DNA of 64,000 nucleotides from Octopus sinensis (taxonomy: Eukaryota): positions 62,124,001-62,188,000 of the forward strand of contig NC_042999.1 in NCBI RefSeq assembly GCF_006345805.1. The letters are read 5' to 3'. Positions 38,381 through 50,648 of the stretch are shown piece after piece (the stretch's first letter is position 1; every line of letters starts with the position of its first letter). Made by a program: the position numbers and the translations under genes. The notes under the pieces were generated by a model that had not been told where the DNA came from, searched no databases, and saw only the letters and a list, made by a program, of their open reading frames with translations.

Positions 38381-39030
38381 ATGGTCCTCTGGAAGACACT
38401 TGTCCTAAGCCACTTTGACTATTGCTCTCAGCTATGGTCACCATCCAGTGTCAAGTTGATCACAGAAAACTTGAGGCGATCCAACGAAGCTACACAAAGA
38501 AGATAGCCTCTATGCAGAATGTAAGCTACTGGAAAGACTCAAGAGATTAAAATTATATTCCCTGGAGCGTAGGCGGGAAAGATATGCCATAATATAATCT
38601 GCAAGATCCTGGAGGGAAGAGTGTCCTGAACTTTGGCATCGAGAGTTACGCAAATGCCAGAAATGGGCGCCACTGCGTGGTGCCTAGGACTCCAACCTGC
38701 CATCAAGATGTAGGACAAGATTCTGTGATAGCTGGGCTTCCGAGGCCCACAGCTCTTCAATATCCTCCCCTGAGAGACCTGCATGGGGTGGATACAGATG
38801 TCTTTAAAAATAAGCTGAATCTCTTCCTGTCAGGTGTCCCAGATGAACCAACTTCACGGCAGGAGGGGCAGATGAGGGCAGCTGCATCGAACTCTCTCAT
38901 GCCACCAAATAGCAGTTGCTAGAAAGCCTCCATGAAGTGAAACCAAGTAGCAACACCAAATGGCGGTGCCCCAGCATGGCCACAGCTCATAAGCTGAAAA
39001 CTAGAATCAATCAATCAATTCAATCAATTC
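38381..39030 (+). mobile_element. 3' end of a CR1-clade LINE (frameshifted ORF2 C-terminus and 3' UTR)
   Basis: [67 protein letters not shown]; tail GGCGGTGCCCCAGCATGGCCACAGC followed by (AATC)n. Confidence 0.9.
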
Positions 39031-39266
39031 ATATATATATATGTATATATATATATGTATATATATAGATATATATATATGTATATTATATCATATATAT
39101 GTATATATATATATATGTATATATATTATATATATATGTATATATATATATATATGTATTATATATTATATATATATGTATATATATATGTATATATATA
39201 TATATTATATATCTTATATATATATATATGTATATATAGAATATATATACATATCATATCAATATA

Positions 39267-39310
<44 letters not shown>

Positions 39311-39475
39311 ATATATGTAATATAATATATATATCATATATATAGTATTATATATATATATATTATATATATATATATAATTTAATCCAAACGGGAAAAC
39401 AGAAAAAACAACAACACGTGGAACAATACAGTATTATTATTAATAGGCGCTCAGAGGAAAGATGGAAGCAGGAAG

Positions 39476-39510
39476 GTATGACGTTTCGAGCGGAGCTCTT
39501 CGTCAGAAAC
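39476..39510 (-). ncRNA. Minimal type I hammerhead ribozyme candidate in a Penelope-like terminus
   Basis: The minus strand reads GTTT-CTGACGA-A-GAGC-TCC-GCTC-GAAAC-GTC-ATAC: intact core, 4-bp stem II, palindromic ACGT stem III, GUC cleavage triplet. Confidence 0.7.
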
Positions 39511-39570
39511 ATAAAGAAGGAAGAGAGAGAGGAAAGAAAGATCCCAAGTGGGCAACAATATGTATATATG

Positions 39571-39649
<79 letters not shown>

Positions 39650-39655
39650 TATATG

Positions 39656-39687
<32 letters not shown>

Positions 39688-39694
39688 ATATATG

Positions 39695-39821
<127 letters not shown>

Positions 39822-39874
39822 GTATATATATATGTGTATATATATATTATATATGTATATATATGTATTATATA

Positions 39875-39921
<47 letters not shown>

Positions 39922-40061
39922 ATATATATATGTATATATATATATACATATATGTATATATATATATATATATATATTTCTATTAAGTTCAGTATGTGGT
40001 AAAGTAATTTATTTTACTAAGCCCTAATTATATAAATATATTATATATATATATATATATA

Positions 40062-40155
<94 letters not shown>

Positions 40156-40159
40156 AATA

Positions 40160-40231
<72 letters not shown>

Positions 40232-40989
40232 ATATGCATGTATGTGAATATATATATGTGTATACTTGTTTGTGAAAATATATATGCATGTATGTGAATA
40301 TATATATGTGTATACTTGTTTGTGAAAATATATATTTGTGCGTGTATATAAAATAAATGTTTTATATACATTTGCTTATATGCATGAATGCATATATTTT
40401 CATACTACTAATTTGAGGACAAGGCTAGCACTTTTGGCGGCGGGGATGGTGGAAATCGATTAAAGTACTTTATTTCACCGACCCCAGAAGAACGAAAGGC
40501 AAAACTGAACTCGGAGGAATTTGAACACAGAACGTAATGACGGACGAGATACCAGCAGGCATTTTTGTCCGGAGTGCCTTATGCCTGCATCGAGTAATAA
40601 CATACAGGATTAATAATGGTTTCAGATTTTGGCAAAAGGCCAGAAATTTCTGAGGAAGGGATCAGTCGATTACATTGACCCTAATACTCAACTGGTATTT
40701 ACTTCATCGACCTCATAAGGATGAAAGGCAAAGTCGACCTCGGCGGCATTTGAACTCAGAACGTAAAGACGGTCGAAATCCCGCTAAGCTTCTTCCCTGG
40801 CACGCTAATGATTCTACCAGCTCACCGCTTTACAATAATACCAGTGCACCTCGTAATACGAAGGAGCTTCTAGCTGGTCGTTCAAAGGGCAAGAAATAAC
40901 ACAATCTCCATCAAATTAAACCCTTAATGCCTTGAAATATAGAAGCACAAACTCGATAGTAAAATACCCAGAGAAGAATGTATGTGACT

Positions 40990-41245
40990 CTGGAGTCGAC
41001 TTGGATGCAAAGGTACTTACTGAACGATCTCATCACTAGACATGAATGTAGTATTTATCAGCGAGACCAGAATTTTCGAAACGCATGTGCTCGTATACGA
41101 TGACTACGTGGTATGCGCACCTGTTGGTCGACCCAGACAGGTCGGTGAATGAAATGTTAATTCGGAAAGGTTTGGGTCTCGATGTACAGATGATTTTCTT
41201 GGATCTGTCTACGTGTCCTACATAGGTCGACCGTGCAGTTCTCAA
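40990..41245 (+). mobile_element. L1/Tx1-type APE endonuclease N-terminal fragment
   Basis: RYLLNDL / LDMNVVFISETR / YDDYVV / LIRKGLGLDV across frameshifts. Confidence 0.55.
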
Positions 41246-42613
41246 ATTTATTTTCTGTATAATATTTTGTCGACCCCAGAAAGATGAACGGCTAAGTCGA
41301 CCTCAACGGAATTTGAACTACGAACGTAAAAACGGATGAAATGTCGCTAAGCATTTTTCCTGGTGTTCTAACGATTCTGCCAGTTAGCCGTCTTTAGCAA
41401 TATGAATATTGATTTAAAATTTTGACACAAGGCCAGCAAGTTCAGCGGATGGGGTAAGTCGATTACATCGACCCCAGTATTCGACTGGTACTTATCTTAT
41501 TGACCCCGAATGGATGAAAGAAAGCTTAAGTCGACTACGGCGGAATTTGAACTCAGAACGCAAAAGATGGACGAAGTACCGCTAAGCATTTTGATTTATT
41601 TTTTACATTCAGTTTTTTATTACAAGGTCGCATATTTATAGCTGTATAGTTAAGAAGTTCACATCGTAATCACATGGTTTGGTTCCGGTTTCGATTTCAC
41701 TGCACGGCACCGCCGAGAAGAGCCATCTACTATAAGCTCCTCGTTAAATGTCCGACAATAAGTATTTCAGTGAAATGTTCGCGGGTTTACTTCAGTTATC
41801 TTTCACTGAGCCAACGTGATATGTCTTCATTTCCCCGCTATTCAAGCGATAAGCAACCAAGCCACCTCGAAACAATCGGAAATCGATAAAATAAGTAACA
41901 ATGAAGTACTAGAGTCGAAGAAAGACCACTGTTGTCTTGTTATTCCTTTAACTATGATATTAAGGTGGCCAGCTAGCAGAATCCTTAACACGCCGGACAA
42001 ATGCTTAGTGGCATTTCGTCCGTCTTTACGTTTTGAGTAAAAATTCCCCCGAGGTCGACTTTACCTTTCATTCTTCCGGTGGGGTCGATAAAGTAAGTAC
42101 CAGTGAAAACTGGAGTTGATGTAATTGACTTACTCCAACTCCTAAAATTGCTGGCCTTGTGCCAAAATTTGAAGCAATTATAATGGCACTACTTATTCAG
42201 TAGTAGTAGTGGGGTAGAATTAATACGTTGTCCAGTTTAACACCTTCAGCCGGCCCTTGGATGCCTAAATTCCCCTAAAGACACCTAAGGTTTATGTAAT
42301 GGAGCTCAATTGAACAACAGATTAAGTCGCCTACCTAAATTATCATTACCGTTCTGTTATTAATTATACATGCACTAAGTTTTAGTTTTTATGTGTGTGC
42401 ATGGTAGGCATAGGTAACTATCTATATAGTCATGTCTGTGAGTATATTCTGTCTTTGATAGGACTGGGTAGTCAGAAATGAAGCGAACGATTATTTGTCC
42501 ATGTTGAATATAATGTTTGCTGTTGATGTTAACCTCTTGAATTATTGTATTTTAGTAGCTTCTTGCGCATAGTCATTGATTTCCAGTAATTAATATTTAT
42601 GGGCACAAAAAAG

Positions 42614-43870
42614 CAGCGAGCTGGCAGAAACGTTAGCACGCCGGGCGAAATGCTTAGCGGTATTTCGTCTGCGTTACGTTGTGAGTTCAAATTCCGCCGA
42701 GGTCGACTTTGCCTTTCATCCTTTCGGGGTCGATAAATTAAGTACCTGTTACGCACTGGGGTCGATGTAATCGACTTAATACCTATGTCTGTCCTTGTTT
42801 GTCCCCTTGTCTGTGCTTAGCCCCTTGTGGGTAATAAAGAAATAGGTATTTCGTCTGCTGTTACGTTGTGAGTTCAAATTCCGCCGGGGTCGACTTTGCC
42901 TTTCATCCTTTCGGGGTCGATTAAAGAAGTACCAGTTACGCAGTGGGGTCGATGTAATCGACTTAATCCGTTTGTCTGTCCTTGTTTGTCCCCTCTGTGT
43001 TTAGCCCTTTGTGGGTAGTAAAGAAATAGGTATTTCGCCTGCCGTTACGTTCTGAGTTCAAATTCCGCTGAGGTCGACTTTGCCTTTCATCCTTTCGGGG
43101 TCGATAAATTAAGAACTAGTTACGCACAGATGTCGATGTAATCGACTTAATCCGTTTGTCTGTCCTTGTTTGTCCCCTCTATGTTTAGCCCCATGTGGGC
43201 AATAAAGAAATAAGAATCGTTAGCATGCCACACAAAATGCTTAGCGGTATTTCGTCCGTCTTTACGTTCTGAGTTCAAATTCCGCCGGGATCGACTTTGC
43301 CTTTCATTCCTTTTCAGGGTCGATAAAATAAGTACCAGCGAAGCACTGAGGACGATCTAAGTGACTTATTCCTATACCCCGAACTTGCTGGCTTTGTGCA
43401 AAAATTTGAAACCAATATTTATGGATACTGGAAAATGAACTGGCAGAATATTTAGCACACCAGAAAATTTGCTTAGCGGCATTTTGTCCGTCATTACGTT
43501 CTGAGTTCAAATTCTGCCGAAGTCGACTTTGCCTTTCATCCTTTTAGGATCGGTAAAATAAGTACCAGTTGAACATTGCTGTCGATAATCAACTTATCTT
43601 CTCTCCCAAAATTGCTGGCCTTGTGCCAAAATTTGAAGGCATTATTATTATTATTATTATCGAGACAGCGAGCTAGAAGAATCGTTACCGCCCCGGATAA
43701 GAGGTATTTCTTCCGGCTTTGCATTCTGATTTCAAATTCTGCCGAGGTCAACTTTGCCTTTCATCCCTTCGGGGTCGATGAAATAAGTATAAGCTCAGTA
43801 CTGGGGTCGAGTTAATCGACAAGTTCCCTCCCACCAAGCTGCAGACTTTGGGCCTATATTTGAAAGTATT
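42614..43870 (+). repeat. Head-to-tail array of about six family B (Deu/Nin-like) SINE units
   Basis: GAGTTCAAATTCCGCCGAGGTCGACTTTGCCTTTCATCC recurs about every 184-230 bp. Looser copies lie at 40400-42180. Confidence 0.9.
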
Positions 43871-45589
43871 GTTACGGGGTTAGCTAGTGTAGTATGTCCC
43901 AATGACCTACTTTAGGATAAACCCATTGTCCTGTCAGATTCAGGTGAATTAAGGGTCAGTGAAGAAGTGAAGAGGAAGACAGATTAAAGGATCTGAGAGC
44001 TGTCGTGAGAGGGTGATAGGCAGCAGGCGATAGCGATAGAGTAAGAACAGAGGGCAAATAGAAAGGCTAAGAGAGCAGTAAGGGACAGATTGAGAATAGA
44101 GATAGAGTAAGGGATCAGAGAGCAAATAGAGACAGGCAGAGAGAATGGTAGAGCTGTCAGGAGAGGGTAAGAGACAGCAGGCGATATAGATAGGGTATAA
44201 GGACCAGGGCAGTTAGAGAGGGTGTGAGCGGTACAGAGGGAGATGAGGGAGTGGAAGAAAGGGAGGACGAGGAAGTGTGGTTCTAGCAGTTCGCAGTTGG
44301 TCGTCAAGAAGGGCAGTCGTTGAGCGGTCGTCGAGGAACACAGACGGATCTTGGAGTCGCTGGCCGGTCCTCGAAGAAGACAGACGGACCTTGGATTTAA
44401 GGAGCAAGCGTTGGAATTCTTAGGAGCAAGTTGGATGCGAGAAAGCTTGGCGGCACAGAAGGGAATTAGCAGTATTCAGAGGAATTAGCAGTATTGAGAG
44501 GAATGGGACACTGGCAGATTCAATTAGGAATTGAGGTATGTGTTTGTGCATTGATACGTGTCACGATGTATTGAACAGAGAAAAGAACAGTCAAGGACTC
44601 TGTCGATGTGGTCGATAAAGGACATTGTGAAGAAGAAGAGTAAAGGACTTGTTGATTGTGATGTTTAGGAAGAGACTTTAAAGAACTGTTGTCTTGGGAC
44701 GTGTACTCTTGAATTGTTACATGATGTTGTATTATGCTTTGAGTTGTACTCTTGAAATGCTGTTGTATTATGTATTGAGTAGTCACGTGCATGCTTTGAT
44801 GTATCTTGATGTTGTAACAATTGTAATTGTCGTATAAACTGTTGTTTGAATATAAGCCAGTGTTGCCAGTTGTTGCCTTGCCTCTTTGGGTTGTATCTCG
44901 GGTTGTGCCTCTGTATCTCTGTGCTGCTGCGGTTGTGGCAGTATCTATCTGTATCTCCTCTCTCCGCCTCTTTGGGTTCCGTGGCGGAACTTGTGTGAGC
45001 CGTTCGGGACGGGCGACGACGGGTGATTCCGTAACAGTATTAATGGGTACAGGCATGGCTGTTTGTTTAAGACGTTCATTTCCCAGCGATTTGGTTTCGT
45101 GTCGATCTCACTCGCATGCAGCACCCTGTGCTTATTTACCCATGCTTATTTACCCATCCATTATGATATTTCGACTGTTGTCTATCGTTTCAAATACGTT
45201 TTAGCATTGTCGTTCTAGCCTTTTTTTTAAATAATCACATATGATTCGTCCCAAAGAATCACACTTTTAGATAAGAGTTTTACTTCCACTAGTGAAAGCT
45301 ATACGTATCTTTCAGAAAGCTCCATACCAATATAACTTTATGCAGTATTTGCTGTTAGTTTATGCGCACGCTATGTGGGAAGATAGAATAAAGGAGCTTT
45401 TGTTAGGTTTTCTCTCCGAAAAAATAGCTTCCTATGCTGTTGAATAAAATAAACTCAAAGATGGGGAAGTTTCAACATCTTCCTTCAATTTCCTTACACC
45501 ATTTATGTGGTTGTTTCCGACAGGAAATTTCGCTTTCATGTAAAACAACTATGTTTTGTAGTTATTATCCATGCTGTTCAATAACGTCG

Positions 45590-46995
45590 AGAGACGCTGG
45601 ACGGAGGTGCCAGTTAAATTGTTCGGGGTCTGGTTTGGTCCAGATCTCCAGGTAGAGAAGAACTGGGACGAACAGGATGGCCAATCTTAACCAGAAATGG
45701 GCAAAGAGAAAGCTATTCGTGAAAGGTCGAGCAGAGGTGGCGAATGTACAAATCGCCTCTGTCATATATTATCGCCTGATTATCGTGCCTTGCTCCAGTT
45801 CACGTCAGATCAAACTGGAGCGCGCGCTCTTCCGTTTTCTACGGAAGGGACGCGATCCATTTGCTGTCAACACCCGCTGAATGGAGGGCTGGGTATGCCC
45901 TGGCTGCTGTGCAGAGACATGCGCTGAGGTTATGACATCTCCAGTGCTTCCTAGACGGTGAGCAGTGTGGTTGCCGTTTGTTAGACACGATTTCCCACAG
46001 CTCGTCTCTTTGTCCGAGCTGCCGTCCTGGATCAAGCGTAGACCGAAGAAGGGCGCCTGTCACCTGGAGTGTCGTCAGGCGCTCACACTCATCTGTCAGT
46101 CGAGCAATGCGGTCGGTGGAAATTCTGCTCGAGCTTTCTATAGAGGGTTAGTGGCGGGCAAGTACAACGGCATCCTTGAGGATACTCACGACGTCGATGA
46201 GAATGAGTTGGCTGGTCTTTTCCAGAGGACTTTCGGATCGGGGCTCATGGATAACTTCCAGAAATCCTTGGCCTAGCAGCGCTACCAGGAGGCATTGACT
46301 GTTCTGGATAATCTCAACAGGCATAGAAGTACCATGAACCGGGCTTGCCCGAGGTGCGCGCAGAGCGACGAAATTGTTCTGCACGCTCTCATCCAGTGTC
46401 CGAGCATTATTGACTTGTGGGTTTATGGAGAGCACCCACAGTCACGTGTTGGACGGACCCGGCTATCAGTTGAGTCCATCTTGAAGATGGCCTCGCTGCC
46501 TTCCTTTGGCCGGGAAGGGCAGACAGTGTTTCTTTGTCTAGTGGCCTTAGCGAAAGAGGTTATGTGGTGGATCAGGTTGAAAAGGCTGAAGACAGACACT
46601 TTCCTCTTTGGTAAAGCTCTCATCGACTTTTCCAAGTTTCACCTGAAAAGGAAAGTGAAGGTAAAGATGGAAATGCTGTTTCCCAGCAATTTTCTTAAAA
46701 GGTGGGTGGATGTAGCGCGAATGGCCCGAGTGAACGCGTCTTCTCTAAGCATGAGCCCCTAGATTGAGGGTAGATGATGTGGAGAGGGCACTTGCCTTAG
46801 AGGTGAGGGTGATCGTGGCTTTTGTGGGATTTCCACGAGCAGCCCTTGGAAGCCTCCTCTTTTGTGGATTTATTTGTTATAATTTTTATTGTTATTACCT
46901 TTTTACACGAATAAATCTCACTTATTTTGTGTTGTGTTGTCCTATGTCATCTTCGATGTGTTATATAAACCTTCTGTGGTTAATGAATAAAAGAT
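45590..46995 (+). mobile_element. 5'-truncated L1/Tx1-clade LINE (post-RT ORF2, zf-RVT-like finger, 3' UTR)
   Basis: VKLFGVWFGPDLQVEKNW, KWAKRKLFVKGRAEV, HPLNGGLGMP, CPRCAQSDEIVLHALIQCP; AATAAA followed by a (TTA)n tail. Confidence 0.85.
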
Positions 46996-47038
46996 TATTA
47001 TTATTACCATTATTATTATTATTATCATTATTATTATT

Positions 47039-47075
<37 letters not shown>

Positions 47076-47095
47076 CATCATCATCATCATCATCA

Positions 47096-47135
<40 letters not shown>

Positions 47136-47162
47136 TATTATTATTATTATTATTATAATTAT

Positions 47163-47610
47163 TGAGTGAGTGAGAGGGCAGTGCATGCCATCAAAGTGAC
47201 ACTGGGGTAAAATATACGAAGCCCAATATACCCATCATGACTACCGTTCGGATAAAGGTACACCAGGTACATGTATCACAACCATATATGCACAACATGG
47301 TGAACTCATATCAAGATAAACAACGCATGACCTCGCTGGCGAGGCCCAGTTAGAATTTTCTTCAGGTCGAGTAGCCCAACCTGCTCAAAAGTTCCTTGAA
47401 TAAGGGTTATTTAAGAACGTTGAACGAAACACCCCTGTTGCCAGAGGTAAATTATTCAAACCCCAAAGAATTCCTCTCAACACATGGCATTGGTGCTCCC
47501 CCACTACTTCTGCTCATGATCAGAGATGCACATATCGTCAGCCACAAAGGGGCATGCTCAACTGGTTAAGGTCAAACAACTGACAAGTAAATCTGTTGTA
47601 TCGAGTAGAA

Positions 47611-47612
<2 letters not shown>
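47163..47612 (-). mobile_element. ~450-bp interspersed retro-type repeat ending in an (ATA)n microsatellite
   Basis: Its 3' part is shared with 26160-26290 (GAGTGAGAGAGCAGTG...CCCATCATGACTACC). No coding signal was recognised. Confidence 0.6.
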
Positions 47613-47696
<84 letters not shown>

Positions 47697-47705
47697 TTTT
47701 TATTA

Positions 47706-47772
<67 letters not shown>

Positions 47773-48230
47773 GAACTTGGTTTTTTGATTTCGTCACTCC
47801 ATTTTAATACTTTTTTTACTCTCCCTATTCATAGCTGTTATGTTTCCTTTCTGCTCGCTTTCCATCAAGATTTTGCTTTATATCCATAATTCATAATAGA
47901 ATGAGTGACAAGCCATATTTTCCATATTTTATTACTGCAACAACACATTTTAAATTGGTTTCCAGCACGGAACTCAAGAAGATACAATTGATTGAGTTGA
48001 AAAATGATAGCGTTAATGAAAAAGGATTATTTTCTGGAGAATTGATTCACTTATTTATAACTAGACAGCACTTTTTCTTAACAACATCTCTCTGAACAAT
48101 AATTTCTTGCGAAATATTGTGTAACTTTTTTTTCTCTCTTTTCATCGATTTTTATACTGTTATAAAATAAAACTTAGTCATCTTATTTGGATTCATCTTT
48201 CTCTAGAAATATCTACGATCATATTGAAAT

Positions 48231-48267
<37 letters not shown>

Positions 48268-48482
48268 GGTTGGAGAGAGATTAATCAATCAGTAGTTTTA
48301 ATGTGAAAAGAGAGTTCGCTTCAAATGTAAGTTACGGACCCTGAGCCTATAGAAGAAGACTGAAGAAGAACGTAAGGGGTTTTGTACTTATAATTTATTT
48401 ACTTGTATTTTATTTCTTTTTCAGTTCAATTTTCGTCCGGAAGCTTCTTTCCCAGTAAAGTGAGACTGATTTCAGCACAGAA

Positions 48483-50648
48483 ATGATTGCAGTTAAAAGG
48501 AATATGCTTGTTTTTATATTCATATCATTTCGTCAAATATTTATCAAGTCAAATAATCATTCTCTAACCATCACCTATCCAAAAAGATTTTATTTTCCGA
48601 GGAATACAACGTCAGCATCAATAAAGAATAATGAATCTATGTGGGAAGAAATTGAAGATTTTATTAACACTAAAGAGTGCAATAAAAAATGGTTTTGTTC
48701 CTTAAACGATGATATCCATGGAGAAAGAGCTTGCTTCTGTGACCGACTCTGTCATGTATTCTCAGACTGTTGTGAAGATGTAATTAAAAACGATATTGCA
48801 GATAATGTGATGAATGATATAAATAAACCAGAGGCAGTTAAATCATGGCCTAAGAATATCTTTGAATGTATACCTGACCCAAGTAAGCAGAGGAGTTATG
48901 TATACAGAATCATTGCTTGCCCATATGATTACAATAATACTGTAGTGAAAAGCTTTTGTGAACAGCCAGGCACTAAAACAAATACAATTACTGTTTCACC
49001 AATGATCGGTGAAATACTGGGAGGATACGTGATATTTTCAAATGTTTACTGTGCAATTTGTCACAATGTTCAAGATATTTTTAGTTCAACGTTCTTGATT
49101 AAATGCAAATGGACATCTCATAACATGGAAAACCAAACACAACCTGACGCACACGCTGTAAAATTTCTAACTGATTCAAAATTGACTGAAAAACTACATA
49201 AAAGTATGAACTGTCGAGTGTCATCCTTCAATTATTTGATAAAAAAAAGTTTACGCGGATGCCATGATTATATAAGAACGTGTCCTTCGCATGGGTCTGG
49301 CGATTTTCGTTCTTTTTGTCTAAATAATCCCTTGCATCCAGTTCGGCACAAAGATAGTAGAGTTTTCAAAAACATATTTTGTGCGTTGTGTAACAATGCA
49401 ATGATAAATAATGTGTCGTGTTTTGAAAATATTGGCTACTTCGGTCATCACTTAGTTGATTTTATGGACCTAAACATGGGACCGTCTCAGATATGTGGAA
49501 CGAGTGAAGTCTTTGATCAATCTACCGGAGCCTGCAGAGAAACGCAAACTATTCTGAAAATAAACTGCACATTACTGAAACTCCAAGAAAATGAATATGC
49601 TGATTTAAATGATTCCATTTATTTAAAGCATCTCGATAAAACTATCAATAAATCCCAGTTTTATATGCAGCAAGGCGGATCTTTCATTTGCTTAAAACAC
49701 TATTTTTCATTTGGAAATGGATCTGGAATAAACCCGAAGATGGCATCTAAAATTACCGAAGCTGAGAACTACCTTTCTATTATTGGTTTCGTATTCTCAA
49801 TCCCAACTTTATTTATAGCATTTTCAGTTTATTGTTATTTTAACACATTACGAAATCTTCCGGGTAAAATGGCTATGAATCTAATGGCATCACTATTTCT
49901 GGCAAATCTTGTATTCTTACTTGCAAATATAATTAAAGAATTGCCCGGTCATTTTTTGTGCCGAACATTTGCAATAATTGCTCATTACACCTATCTGGTT
50001 TCATTTTGTTGGATGAATATAATGGCTTTTGATTCTTGGCGAACGTTTTCCAGAAAGCAAATTCTATCGATTACTGATCGAAGCAATCGTTCATTTAAGT
50101 TCTATATGCTTTATGCTTGGTTAAGTCCAGTAGCAATTGTCGCTGGTGCAGTAGTAACTCAATACTTCCAGTCTGATTCTGCATTCTCTCCCGCTTATGG
50201 TGATTCCTTATGTTGGTTCAACAAAAGACTTTCGCTGTTAATTTTCTTTGGCTTGCCATTAATTATAATACTAATAATGAATACTATATTCTTCACTTTT
50301 ACATTCCGAGCCATCTATTCAGCAAATAAGTTCACAAAGCGCTGTCTTTCAAAGAGCGATAAGAACACGTTTATCGTCTTCTTTAAGCTTTATTTCATTT
50401 TAGGAATCAACTGGTTTGTCTCCATACTATACACTTATACTCAAATCGAATTACTGCGCTATATTTCAGTACTTTTGATGTCGTTCCAAGGATTTTTTGT
50501 GGGTTGTTCCTATCTGTTTTCAAAGAAAGTATGTCGACAGTTTCAAAATAAAGTCAGTTTCTTCACAAATACAAATTCAAGTGAATCTTCATGCAAGCAT
50601 ACAGCAATCTCTTACTTGGGAGCAATTAAATCTTCCAAAAGCTTTTAA
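48483..50648 (+). CDS. Intronless class B (secretin/adhesion-related, Methuselah-like) 7TM GPCR with a somatomedin-B-like domain
   Basis: 721-aa open frame in AT-rich DNA. Hydrophobic N-terminus; SMB-like CFCDRLCHVFSDCCED; two Cys repeats (CP...FC...F.N..CA.C.N); seven hydrophobic helices with LRNLPGK, C..FAIIAHYTYLVSFCWM...AFDSW, PAYG...CWF and SFQG family motifs. No GPS motif before TM1. Confidence 0.92.
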   Translation: MIAVKRNMLVFIFISFRQIFIKSNNHSLTITYPKRFYFPRNTTSASIKNNESMWEEIEDFINTKECNKKWFCSLNDDIHGERACFCDRLCHVFSDCCEDVIKNDIADNVMNDINKPEAVKSWPKNIFECIPDPSKQRSYVYRIIACPYDYNNTVVKSFCEQPGTKTNTITVSPMIGEILGGYVIFSNVYCAICHNVQDIFSSTFLIKCKWTSHNMENQTQPDAHAVKFLTDSKLTEKLHKSMNCRVSSFNYLIKKSLRGCHDYIRTCPSHGSGDFRSFCLNNPLHPVRHKDSRVFKNIFCALCNNAMINNVSCFENIGYFGHHLVDFMDLNMGPSQICGTSEVFDQSTGACRETQTILKINCTLLKLQENEYADLNDSIYLKHLDKTINKSQFYMQQGGSFICLKHYFSFGNGSGINPKMASKITEAENYLSIIGFVFSIPTLFIAFSVYCYFNTLRNLPGKMAMNLMASLFLANLVFLLANIIKELPGHFLCRTFAIIAHYTYLVSFCWMNIMAFDSWRTFSRKQILSITDRSNRSFKFYMLYAWLSPVAIVAGAVVTQYFQSDSAFSPAYGDSLCWFNKRLSLLIFFGLPLIIILIMNTIFFTFTFRAIYSANKFTKRCLSKSDKNTFIVFFKLYFILGINWFVSILYTYTQIELLRYISVLLMSFQGFFVGCSYLFSKKVCRQFQNKVSFFTNTNSSESSCKHTAISYLGAIKSSKSF

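Noticed and set aside
42614-43870. Regularly spaced repeats resembling a CRISPR array
   Set aside because: The units are whole eukaryotic SINE bodies with no unique spacers and no cas genes.
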